The notes: generated from the sequence alone by a model not told the origin. Positions 12,937 through 21,268 are shown, numbered from the stretch's first letter. The stretch is DNA of 64,000 nt from Eubacteriales bacterium (GCA_045588245.1 JAZNDW010000001.1:204338-268337), one strand, 5' to 3'. Translations and numbers: made by a program.

Positions 12937-14511
12937 TCACTCGCTTCCAACCGTTTTTTCGATCATGTAGACGTATTTGCCGTACTTCGTATAAAACTCA
13001 AGATAGTTTTTACCGTCGTGGAGCTCTACTGTCAAGGTAAAGCCGCCGTCTCGTTGACGGCAGATCTTCTCGCCGTTAAACTGCACCGTCGCCGTGGGGT
13101 CGGAAACGCCGACGAGTGTGACCGCGTCAGCGTCCGTTTTCTCGCCGTGCACGTGGCTGACGATGCGTACTGTTTCGCCGTTTTCAATTGGCGATGCATA
13201 GATTATGTCGGTTGTGAACGTCTTTTTTAATTCTGTGAAAACGCCTTCGGTATCAGCCTTGATCTCAGCGTAGCCGTACATAATACTTCCGCGGTACGAG
13301 ATAAGCTTGCGTGCGTGATCGATCTGCGCCGTTATTTCATCAACGGCATCGGCTACCCGCCATTCATCCGTTCCGTATTTGTAAGCAGCGTGGCTAACGT
13401 ACAGATCAACACCCGTTCCGTCAAGTTTTGTGCTCCACCAATCGGCAAGAACTCCGAACGGTGCGCTTTCTTTGCTGAAATTCCAATAGATCTGCGGTGC
13501 GATATAGTCAACGTATCCGCCCGCTACCCACGCAAGCGCATCACAGCAAATCGCAGAATATGCCTCCATGCCGAGCGTTGCCGAGCCGCCGTTTTCGCCG
13601 TTGTCGTTCTGCCAAATACCAAACGGCGCAACACCGAATCTGCACGTAACATCGACCGCTTTAATAGCGTCATAGCACATTTTTACCATAGTATTTATGT
13701 TTTGTCTTCGCCAATCCGCAAGCTCCACGTCACCGCCGTAACGCGCGTAGGTTTCCGCGTCGTCAAACTGTAATTCATCACCTTCGGTGTCGGTCTCGGG
13801 ATACGGATAAAAATAATCGTCAAAAATAATACCGTCAATATCGTAATTTCGGACGAGCTCCGTTACACCTGCCGCAACAAGAGCACGGCTTTCGGGCAAT
13901 CCGGGATCAAAGTAAAGCTCACCCGCATACGCGACCGTCAAATAGGGCGAGAGGCGAGCAGGGCTTGTTTTTGCGAGTGCTTCTGTGTCTGTTTTAGGTG
14001 CAGCAGGCGTTCCTCCACGAGTCACGCGGAGAGGATTCACCCATGCGTGCACCTCGATTCCCCGTTTGTGAGCTATATTTATAAGATATGAAAACGGATC
14101 AAAGCCGTCGGGCAGCTCGCCGTCAATCTCGCCCGTCAAAAACTCGGACACGGGAAAGATCTCCGAATCATACATCGCGTCGGCTGCCGCTCTTACTTGA
14201 AAAAAGATCGCGTTACAGTTTGCATCCTCGACCGTATCGACGATACTGTCGAGCTCTGCGGCAAGCTCATCGGCATCAAGCTCGCGCTTTGAAGGAAAAT
14301 CAATATTATATGCCGTCGCTATAAACACACCGCGCATCTCCTGCGCGTCGTTTTTATAGCCGTTTATCCCTTCGGCATCGCCATCGGCATGCATCGGAGC
14401 TATTGTCTCATGCGCATCCACGTCGGGACCTGAGCAGGCTGTGATGAACATGAGCACAGCAACAAAAAGTGCCGTCAGCCACAAACGTCTGCCAAACGTA
14501 TCATTCCGCAT
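12937..14511 (-). CDS. lipoprotein, glycosyl-hydrolase-like family 10 (YngK-like) TIM-barrel protein
   Basis: It has a lipoprotein signal (LTALFVAVLMFITAC/SG). AIFFQVRAAADAMY and GIEVHAWVNP resemble GHL10/YngK proteins. The start is set at ATG 14511, behind AAAGGAG. Confidence 0.7.
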   Translation of the reverse strand: MRNDTFGRRLWLTALFVAVLMFITACSGPDVDAHETIAPMHADGDAEGINGYKNDAQEMRGVFIATAYNIDFPSKRELDADELAAELDSIVDTVEDANCNAIFFQVRAAADAMYDSEIFPVSEFLTGEIDGELPDGFDPFSYLINIAHKRGIEVHAWVNPLRVTRGGTPAAPKTDTEALAKTSPARLSPYLTVAYAGELYFDPGLPESRALVAAGVTELVRNYDIDGIIFDDYFYPYPETDTEGDELQFDDAETYARYGGDVELADWRRQNINTMVKMCYDAIKAVDVTCRFGVAPFGIWQNDNGENGGSATLGMEAYSAICCDALAWVAGGYVDYIAPQIYWNFSKESAPFGVLADWWSTKLDGTGVDLYVSHAAYKYGTDEWRVADAVDEITAQIDHARKLISYRGSIMYGYAEIKADTEGVFTELKKTFTTDIIYASPIENGETVRIVSHVHGEKTDADAVTLVGVSDPTATVQFNGEKICRQRDGGFTLTVELHDGKNYLEFYTKYGKYVYMIEKTVGSE

Positions 14512-14603
14512 TTCATTCTCCTTTCTGCCATAACTGCTCTCCACAGATAATTTATGAACACCGACCGTTATTCTATGCTTTTTGCCAAAACTGTGTAGTT
14601 ATG

Positions 14604-15116
14604 TCACTCAATAACATTGATCTGGCACATCTTCATCGTTTGAAGTGCCGCGTTATGCGTATCGTGCGTAACGCCTGCGCAAGCAGATGCGTCAACGCTG
14701 AGCTCAGCATCGGGATAAAGTGCCTTTAAGATAAGCGCATTTGACACGACGCAAATATCGGTGCAAAGTCCGATGAGCAAAAGCGATTCGGGAGCCTCGT
14801 CGAAGCTTTCCTCCCAATGCGTCCAGCCGAAAGAGGGTTTATCGATGATCTCACAGCCGTCACGGTAAAGTCCATCCGCGATCTGCCAGCCGTGTGTGTC
14901 TTTGACACAATGGACGACGGGCAGCTTTTTCCCTTCGGACGTGGAAAGATAGTTTTCTTCGTGTGTGTCACGAGTGTAAATGACGCGATCGCCGCGATTT
15001 GTATATTCGTCAATGACCTCTGCGACTCGCGGCACTATCGCCTGCGCCTCGGGGGTGCCGAGCGAGCCGTCTATGAAATCGTTCTGCATATCAACAACAA
15101 TAAGCGTGCGTTTCAT
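14604..15116 (-). CDS. isochorismatase-family cysteine hydrolase, probable nicotinamidase
   Basis: The LIVVDMQNDF aspartate motif and the GLCTDICV catalytic cysteine are present. The start is set at ATG 15116 (MKRTLIVVD), with GGAG 8 nt upstream. Confidence 0.75.
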   Translation of the reverse strand: MKRTLIVVDMQNDFIDGSLGTPEAQAIVPRVAEVIDEYTNRGDRVIYTRDTHEENYLSTSEGKKLPVVHCVKDTHGWQIADGLYRDGCEIIDKPSFGWTHWEESFDEAPESLLLIGLCTDICVVSNALILKALYPDAELSVDASACAGVTHDTHNAALQTMKMCQINVIE

Positions 15117-15152
15117 GGGTAGTCTCCGTTTTGGTTTATTAATTCGTGTATT

Positions 15153-15181
15153 ATTATACACCGATTTGCGCCATTTTTCAA
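15153..15181 (-). promoter_or_regulatory. sigma-70-type promoter of the nicotinamidase-like gene
   Basis: On the minus strand: TTGAAA (15181-15176), a 17-nt spacer, then TATAAT (15158-15153). Confidence 0.6.
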
Positions 15182-15364
15182 CAGTATCCGTAAACTCACA
15201 ATTGACGATTATGTGCGTTCAAGATATAATTTAATAAAAGGACAAATATTTTTTTGAAAATATTTTATTTTTTTCAAAAAACGTGCAAGATTTTCGTTTC
15301 AATGTTGACATATAAGGTGTAAGGGTGAATCAGCCCACAAAACTCCCACGAAAGGAGATGTCCA

Positions 15365-15928
15365 ATGACAGACAGCGCAATAATAAAGCTGCTATTTGAC
15401 CGTGATGACTTGGCTGTCGTCGAGCTTGAGTCGAAGTACGGCAAGCTGATGAAAAGCTACGCGTGCCGCTATCTTAACGATTCGCGCGATGCCGAAGAGA
15501 TCTATAACGACACGATCGCGGACATTTGGAAATCAATACCGCCCGATCATCCGAACAGGCTCGGTGCCTACATAACGGCGATCCTGAAACGAAAGGTCAT
15601 AAACCGACTCCGATACCTGGCGCGTGAGAAACGCTCTCGCACAGGCGAGGCTTTATTCTGTGATTTTGACGACGTCGTCAACGTCGCAGGCACACAGAGG
15701 AGTGCCGAAGACGTTGTGATCGACGACAAACGCAGGCTTTTGAGCGAGTTTCTCAAATCCGAGCCGTCGGCGAGCAGGATCATTTTCGTGAAGCGATACT
15801 ATTACGGCAAGTCGATTTCCGAGATCACCCGTGAAACGGGTATGTCGGAGACAGCGGTTTCGTCTCGCTTATCGAGGACTAAAGCGCGGCTCTACCGCCA
15901 TTTGACAGAAAAGGGGGTGTTGTCATGA
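15365..15928 (+). CDS. RNA polymerase sigma-70-family factor, ECF-like (regions 2 and 4 only)
   Basis: The 187-aa product has region 2 (EEIYNDTIADIWKS...YITAILKRKVINRLR) and a region 4 helix-turn-helix (SISEITRETGMSETAVSSRLSRTKARL). The RBS is GAAAGGAG. Confidence 0.85.
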   Translation: MTDSAIIKLLFDRDDLAVVELESKYGKLMKSYACRYLNDSRDAEEIYNDTIADIWKSIPPDHPNRLGAYITAILKRKVINRLRYLAREKRSRTGEALFCDFDDVVNVAGTQRSAEDVVIDDKRRLLSEFLKSEPSASRIIFVKRYYYGKSISEITRETGMSETAVSSRLSRTKARLYRHLTEKGVLS

Positions 15929-18762
15929 AGTTTTCGGATTACATTAAAAATGAGATCGAGCATCTCGATGATGAGCTGATACTCGAAGCGGCGGACAACC
16001 GCAACAACTACAACATTCCTCCCTACCTCGTCGGCACAACTGCGGACACGATCAAAAACGTGCTCTCCACAGCGGCGTGCATCGTGCTGTCGATCGTCAT
16101 TGTGATCGCGTTCATCCTGATGCGTAACAGCATCTCGCAGCCGCCCGCTGACACTACCGCAGACACGGGCACAGGCACGGGCACGGAGTCCGTAACCGAA
16201 TCCGAAACGGAAACAGAGACGGAGACGGAAGAGTCGGAATACTTTGAAGCTTCAAACGAAGAATTTGAGTACTTCGTCGAAAGCGGAATAATCACTATAA
16301 CGAGATACATCGGCAATGCTGAAAATGTAACAATTCCCATAACGATCGACGTATATCCTGTTTATCACCTTGGTCAACATACCATTGACGATTATGATAA
16401 CGGTCACGGGGAGATCGTAACAGGCATCTTTGCAGATTCTGCAGCTAAGAACGTAACCATACCGGGTTCAATTAATGAAATATACAGCGAGTCATTCCTT
16501 GAATCTGATCAAATTGAAACGATAACGATAAGAGAAGGCTCAAAAAGAATCGAATCCGGTGGGTTCGCAATGTGTACGTCGCTGCGCGAGATAACTATCC
16601 CAAAAAGCATGGAATATATCGGGGAGAATGCGTTTTCTGACGTGGGTGCTTTGGAAATCGTGTATTATCTTGGTACCGAAGATGAGTGGAACGAGCTTAT
16701 TGATGTGTCGGACATTGATTACGATTTTTCCAGTATCAATATTGTTTTTGATGTACCTGATCCGAACGATATTTCCGTTGGAACAACAGGCTCATTTGAA
16801 TATACCGTAATCAGTGGCAAGGTTATCATTACGCGTTACACCGGTAACGAAGAAGTCGTTGAAATTCCTCCATATATCGACTCATATCCTGTGCTACACC
16901 TCGGACAGTATAAGCCGGCGGACGAAAGCATCTCTCCAACGGGAATTTTCGCAGGAACAACGGCAAAGCATATTACTATCCCCCATACCGTTGAGCGAAT
17001 CTACAATTTTTCTTTTGCTGATTCTCCGCAAATCGAATCGATTGAAATTGAAGAAGGAGTTCTGTACATTGAAGATGAAGCATTTCGGGACTGTAGCTCG
17101 CTTTCTTCACTTATACTGCCCAAAAGTCTTCTTTCGATGGGAGAAAATGTATTCTCCGACAGCATTTCTCTTAAAACAGTTTATTATTGGGGTGATGTCG
17201 TCAGCTGGAACAAACTGATGAGCCAAACGAATTCAGCATCTGCGTTTGCAAAAGCGAAAAAATTATTCAACATTCCTGACGTTTCCAACAATTCAATAAT
17301 TACTGACAATAATTATACATCAGGATTTACCACGACGGTGGTAAATGAGGTGAAAGAATATTCCAAGCAAAAATTCCCCGAAAACGACATTTTCCATGGT
17401 TACATTTCGAGCACGGAATCATTCCCCATTCTGCTTGAAAACTCAGGCAAGTATAGCGATGACGAGATTTATATCGCCGAATACCATATAGTTCATACCT
17501 TATTATACGGTTCGGGTGAACAGTTATTTTACGCTTGTTCAATCCGCAGTACTGAAAGTTTCAACTCACCTGCCAAAATAATCGGTATCGAAACATACGT
17601 TGACGGTGTCACTTATGACACTGAATACGCTCTTGATTTTATAAGGTCACATTCAGGATATGAAAATGTCACCCTTATAACAACTGATTCGGGAGAGATT
17701 CATTCTTCTGATATTGAAGCGTACAATTTCAGTCGTTATAAAGGTGTACGAGAGATCATTGAACGTTACGGAAAGCTTGGAAAAGTTAAACATACAATCG
17801 TTGCACTTCCTCCTATTTCGGATTTTGATCAAACAACTTGGCTGTTAAAACTATATGATGAATCCAAAAGCCGCTACGAAATATATAGATTTTCACTTGA
17901 CACCGAAACGGGAGAGGTATCGAATGTGAAAAAGTACACCAACTACAATGATATATATGATGAGATAAAGATACATCAAAAAGATAATGAATCTACCGAC
18001 AGCTCAACGGTATATGAATCCGGTAAAATTGTTGTATATTACGACAAAAATAGCGATCTCTTTATAAAATATAAAGACAGCGGAGACGTTATTTTGCTTC
18101 ACAATGCCGTTACAGACGAGGACGTGTATAACTATATCGAAGAAAACGGCATGCCAGAGGAATGGCCGATAGGTATGTATTCCGGAAGCGGCAATATCTC
18201 GGTAATCGATGATAAATTCGTGTTGTTCAATGAATACGGATGGGAATGTGTTTCCGGTCTTTGCGTTTATGAGGTTGATTCCAGATGTTTGATTGATAAA
18301 GGTTTCGGGAAAAGAATATATACGATACGCGGCAACCGTGTATTTATCAATTTGTCGTCAGTAGGATATATTGACCTGTGCGAAGGCAGTAACTATACGA
18401 TTGTATATCCCGAAGAAATCAACTCTGTTCTTTGGACATACGATTCTGAAGAAGAATCTCTTCCGGTTGTTATTTCCGCTGACGGACGTTATATTACAGC
18501 CATGGAAAATTGGGAAGCAACCAAATGTCTTAAGCAAATAGTTGTCTGCAATACGGAAACGAACGTAACGTGTGAGTATTTCATATATAACCCGTTCTCT
18601 GTACCCATAACATTCCACTATACTGATGACGGATATATCATCATAAACGGATCTGATGCTTTGCGGTTATATTACGATCCGCTGAACGGATTTTACGGAT
18701 ATGGTTCATCGATCGAAATTAATTCAAACGATCAGTACGTTTATCGGTTAAAGCTTCCCTGA
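15925..18762 (+). CDS. single-pass membrane protein coupled to the sigma gene; putative anti-sigma/sensor with two BspA-type LRR modules and an unassigned C-terminal region of about 480 aa
   Basis: The ATG overlaps the sigma stop (ATGA). About 45 residues are cytoplasmic (IEHLDDELILEAA), a TM helix spans aa 49-66, and a T/G/E-rich linker follows. Repeated ITIP..V..I...AF..C.SL..I.IP motifs are typical of LRR_5. The C-terminal half has no motif I recognise. Confidence 0.8.
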   Translation: MKFSDYIKNEIEHLDDELILEAADNRNNYNIPPYLVGTTADTIKNVLSTAACIVLSIVIVIAFILMRNSISQPPADTTADTGTGTGTESVTESETETETETEESEYFEASNEEFEYFVESGIITITRYIGNAENVTIPITIDVYPVYHLGQHTIDDYDNGHGEIVTGIFADSAAKNVTIPGSINEIYSESFLESDQIETITIREGSKRIESGGFAMCTSLREITIPKSMEYIGENAFSDVGALEIVYYLGTEDEWNELIDVSDIDYDFSSINIVFDVPDPNDISVGTTGSFEYTVISGKVIITRYTGNEEVVEIPPYIDSYPVLHLGQYKPADESISPTGIFAGTTAKHITIPHTVERIYNFSFADSPQIESIEIEEGVLYIEDEAFRDCSSLSSLILPKSLLSMGENVFSDSISLKTVYYWGDVVSWNKLMSQTNSASAFAKAKKLFNIPDVSNNSIITDNNYTSGFTTTVVNEVKEYSKQKFPENDIFHGYISSTESFPILLENSGKYSDDEIYIAEYHIVHTLLYGSGEQLFYACSIRSTESFNSPAKIIGIETYVDGVTYDTEYALDFIRSHSGYENVTLITTDSGEIHSSDIEAYNFSRYKGVREIIERYGKLGKVKHTIVALPPISDFDQTTWLLKLYDESKSRYEIYRFSLDTETGEVSNVKKYTNYNDIYDEIKIHQKDNESTDSSTVYESGKIVVYYDKNSDLFIKYKDSGDVILLHNAVTDEDVYNYIEENGMPEEWPIGMYSGSGNISVIDDKFVLFNEYGWECVSGLCVYEVDSRCLIDKGFGKRIYTIRGNRVFINLSSVGYIDLCEGSNYTIVYPEEINSVLWTYDSEEESLPVVISADGRYITAMENWEATKCLKQIVVCNTETNVTCEYFIYNPFSVPITFHYTDDGYIIINGSDALRLYYDPLNGFYGYGSSIEINSNDQYVYRLKLP
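16264..16710 (+). repeat. LRR-containing module, copy A (aa 114-262 of the 945-aa protein)
   Basis: FEYFVESGIITITRYIGNAENVTIP...VYPVYHLGQH...GIFADSAAKNVTIP...ITIPKSMEYIGENAFSD...VYYLGTEDEWNELI aligns colinearly with copy B. Confidence 0.75.
16795..17220 (+). repeat. LRR-containing module, copy B (aa 291-432)
   Basis: FEYTVISGKVIITRYTGNEEVVEIP...SYPVLHLGQY...GIFAGTTAKHITIP...LILPKSLLSMGENVFSD...VYYWGDVVSWNKLM has the same order of motifs as copy A. Confidence 0.75.
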
Positions 18763-18772
18763 TCGCAAAAAC

Positions 18773-18812
18773 AAAAAAAGGCATCACCCACACGGGTGAT
18801 GCCCTCTTTTTT
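18773..18812. terminator. bidirectional terminator between the 945-aa gene and rplS
   Basis: GGCATCACCC (18780-18789) pairs with GGGTGATGCC (18794-18803). An A-run lies upstream and CTCTTTTTT downstream. Confidence 0.85.
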
Positions 18813-18816
18813 GGTG

Positions 18817-19161
18817 TTAGATAAGTTCCTTAACCTTGGAGCTCTTACCAACTCTGTCGCGGAGATAGTAAAGCTTTGCACGGCGAACCTTACCGCGTCT
18901 GATAACTTCAACCTTCTCTACGTTGGGAGAATGAAGCGGGAACGTCTTTTCAACGCCGCAGCCGTAAGCTACGCGGCGAACCTTGAAGGTTTCGGAGATA
19001 CCGCCGCCGTGGCGTGCGATAACGGTGCCTTCAAAAAGCTGTGTACGAACTCTCTGTCCCTCTTTGATTCTGTTATGAACTCTTACGGTGTCACCGATGT
19101 TGAACTCGGGAATCTGTTCCTTAAGCTGCTCATTAACAAGAGCGTCAATTTTTCTGTCCAT
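18817..19161 (-). CDS. rplS: 50S ribosomal protein L19
   Basis: The 114-aa product has [25 protein letters not shown] and RRAKLYYLR, typical of L19. Confidence 0.96.
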   Translation of the reverse strand: MDRKIDALVNEQLKEQIPEFNIGDTVRVHNRIKEGQRVRTQLFEGTVIARHGGGISETFKVRRVAYGCGVEKTFPLHSPNVEKVEVIRRGKVRRAKLYYLRDRVGKSSKVKELI

Positions 19162-19234
19162 TTTCTTGACCTAACCTTTTCTTGATTTGTCGAAGCATTC
19201 ATGCAGAGCGGCAGCGGACTGCTTCGGTGCGCTT
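19162..19234 (-). promoter_or_regulatory. structured rplS leader (candidate L19 autoregulatory leader)
   Basis: The leader is about 75 nt, between the promoter and the RBS. It has hairpins GTGCG-AAAAG-CGCAC and CGAAGCA...TGCTTCG. Assignment to the L19-leader family is by position only. Confidence 0.3.
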
Positions 19235-19240
19235 TTCGCA

Positions 19241-19269
19241 CACAAATGAAAGTATACCACACAATTCCG
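19241..19269 (-). promoter_or_regulatory. sigma-70-type promoter of rplS
   Basis: On the minus strand: TTGCGT (19269-19264), a 17-nt spacer, then TATACT (19246-19241), with an upstream TG. Confidence 0.55.
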
Positions 19270-19371
19270 TTATACGCAAGAGGTATTTACAACTTTTTTC
19301 AATATTTTTTGTTTTTTATAAAAGTATGCGATGCCGATTCGCTATAATTAACGGAAAATGATTGTAATTTT

Positions 19372-19400
19372 TCGTTATTTGTGTTATACTTAATTTTGAT
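19372..19400 (+). promoter_or_regulatory. sigma-70-type promoter of the apgM-like gene / lepB string
   Basis: TTGTAA (19372-19377), a 17-nt spacer, then TGtTATACT (extended -10, 19392-19400). Confidence 0.5.
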
Positions 19401-19431
19401 TTGATTGTATATCGAATGTACGAGGCTCAAT

Positions 19432-20649
19432 ATGAAATATCTTATACTTATACCTGACGGAATGGCTGACCGTCCCATTCCCGAGCTCGGTGGACTGACA
19501 CCTATGGAAGCGGCAAATAAACCGTGCATGGACGCTTTGTGCCGCGAAGCCTTCGCAGGCACCGTGTCTAACGTCCCCGACGGAATGAATCCCGAAAGCG
19601 ATACGGCTAATCTTGCCATTCTCTCATACGACCCGAAAATATATTCACGCGGACGTTCCCCTCTCGAAGCGATCAGCATGGGACTCGAAATGGCAGACGA
19701 TGAAGTTGCGCTTCGCTGCAATCTCGTTGCTCTATCCGAGGATGACGTTTATGAAGAACGCACGATGGTAGACCACAGTGCCGACGAGATCACAACGGAA
19801 GAAGCGGACGAGCTTGTTTCGGCGCTCAACGAAGCTCTCGGCAACGAGCTCCGCCACTTATACACTGGTGTAAGCTACCGCCATTGCCTTATATGGCGTG
19901 ACGACGATGACTCATTCCCTTTCATGCGTCCGCATGACATTATCGGCCGCAAGATCGGTGAATATCTGCCTGCAGGTGAGCGCGGCGAAAAATATCTCGA
20001 CTTCATGAAAAAGAGTGTAGACGTGCTCCGCGATCATCCCGTTAACAAAGCTCGCCGCGAGCGCGGACTTTTGCCCGCAAACTCCGCTTGGCTTTGGAGC
20101 CCCGGCAAAAAGCCATCGCTTCCCTCTTTCACGGAAAAATGGGCGCTTCACGGCACTGTCGTTTCCGCCGTTGACCTGATACGCGGAATCGGAAAGTGCG
20201 CAGGCCTTAAAACGCCTATCATCCCCGGCGTTACGGGCAACGTTAACACAAATTATGCTGGCAAGGCGCAAGCCGCCATCGACGCTTTTGACAGCGGCGA
20301 TGACTTCGTCTATATCCACGTCGAAGCTCCCGATGAATGCGGTCACCGTGCAGAGATCGAAAACAAAGTGCGTTCGATCGAGCTTATAGATGAAAAGATA
20401 CTCACACCCGTTTATGAATATCTTAAAGCATCGGGCGAACCCTTCCGCATTATGGTGCTCCCCGACCATCCAACGCCTGTGGAGATCCGCACACACAGCA
20501 TGGAACCCGTTCCGTTCTTCATTTATGATTCCGACGTGAAGCGTTCGGGTGCCGAGCATTACACGGAAGCCTCTTGTGCCGCGATGCCTTTCTATCTGCC
20601 GCGCGGGCACGAGCTTATGTATTATTTATGCGATCAGCGTTCAATCTGA
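19432..20649 (+). CDS. ApgM-type cofactor-independent phosphoglycerate-mutase-family metalloenzyme (possibly a non-orthologous homoserine kinase)
   Basis: MKYLILIPDGMADRP...LGG.TP...A..P.MD and the C-terminal HVEAPDECGH / VLPDHPTP motifs match the alkaline-phosphatase-superfamily ApgM group. The start is ATG 19432, with GAGG 7 nt upstream. Confidence 0.8.
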   Translation: MKYLILIPDGMADRPIPELGGLTPMEAANKPCMDALCREAFAGTVSNVPDGMNPESDTANLAILSYDPKIYSRGRSPLEAISMGLEMADDEVALRCNLVALSEDDVYEERTMVDHSADEITTEEADELVSALNEALGNELRHLYTGVSYRHCLIWRDDDDSFPFMRPHDIIGRKIGEYLPAGERGEKYLDFMKKSVDVLRDHPVNKARRERGLLPANSAWLWSPGKKPSLPSFTEKWALHGTVVSAVDLIRGIGKCAGLKTPIIPGVTGNVNTNYAGKAQAAIDAFDSGDDFVYIHVEAPDECGHRAEIENKVRSIELIDEKILTPVYEYLKASGEPFRIMVLPDHPTPVEIRTHSMEPVPFFIYDSDVKRSGAEHYTEASCAAMPFYLPRGHELMYYLCDQRSI

Positions 20650-20668
20650 CAAAGGAGGTAATTTTCCT

Positions 20669-21268
20669 GTGACGATCAAACATAAGATCAAAAAACATCG
20701 CTCAAACGAAACGCTCAACGTTCCTGAGCTTATTTATGATATCATTGAAACAGTTGCACTGACGACCTGCTTCATTCTTCTTGTATTCACATTTCTATGC
20801 AGACTCGCCGTCGTTGACGGTGATTCTATGGAAAACACTCTGACGCACGGAGATGCGCTCGTAATTTCCGACATTGCTTTTGAGCCACAGTACGGCGACA
20901 TCATCGTTTTCCAGGACATTAACGGATTTAACGGTCAGAAATCCCTCGTCAAGCGTGTTATCGCCGCTGAAGGACAGGTCATTGACATTGACTTTGAAAC
21001 GTGGACAGTCACCGTTGACGGTACAGTTCTTGACGAGAGCGAATACAGATATCTCGCTTCCAACAAGCGCGTGCTGTCTGACTTAACTTATCCTCTGACA
21101 GTTCCCGAAGGATATGTCTTCGTTATGGGTGACAACCGCAACAATTCCATGGACAGCCGTGATTCGCGCGTGGGACTTGTCGACTCAAGAACTATCATCG
21201 GCCGTGTTATTTGTCGGATCGCCCCTATCGGCGACATGAAATTTTACGACAGATTCGATCAGCCGTGA
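20669..21268 (+). CDS. lepB: signal peptidase I (copy 1)
   Basis: It has the GDSM catalytic Ser box, KRVIA (Lys box) and GDNRNNSMDSR. The start is set at GTG 20669, 10 nt after AAAGGAGG; the ORF-track start at 20549 overlaps the upstream gene by 100 nt. Confidence 0.88.
   Translation: MTIKHKIKKHRSNETLNVPELIYDIIETVALTTCFILLVFTFLCRLAVVDGDSMENTLTHGDALVISDIAFEPQYGDIIVFQDINGFNGQKSLVKRVIAAEGQVIDIDFETWTVTVDGTVLDESEYRYLASNKRVLSDLTYPLTVPEGYVFVMGDNRNNSMDSRDSRVGLVDSRTIIGRVICRIAPIGDMKFYDRFDQP
20969..21022 (+). repeat. near-identical tract shared by the two lepB paralogs (copy 1)
   Basis: GAAGGACAGGTCATTGACATTGACTTTGAAACGTGGACAGTCACCGTTGACGGT matches 21685-21738 at 52/54 nt. Confidence 0.9.

Noticed and set aside
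15249-15281. AT-only inverted repeat (TTTTTTGAAAA ... TTTTCAAAAAA) upstream of the sigma gene
   Set aside because: It is composed purely of A/T runs in an AT-rich spacer, so it has low information content. It could be an operator or a weak terminator, but I cannot support either.
16150-16239. Imperfect short tandem repeats (ACGGGCACAGGCACGGGCACGG; GAAACGGAAACAGAGACGGAGACGGAA) as a possible phase-variation tract
   Set aside because: The units are codon-level and imperfect, encoding TGTGTG and ETETETETE linker residues. There are no long perfect repeats of the kind that slip, so this is best read as a low-complexity linker.
18796-19185. 129-aa plus-strand ORF
   Set aside because: It is antisense to rplS, whose L19 identity is unambiguous.
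20549-20668. Upstream ATG start for the first lepB gene
   Set aside because: It would overlap the apgM-like gene by 100 nt. GTG 20669 is correctly spaced from AAAGGAGG and gives a normal N-terminus and TM helix.
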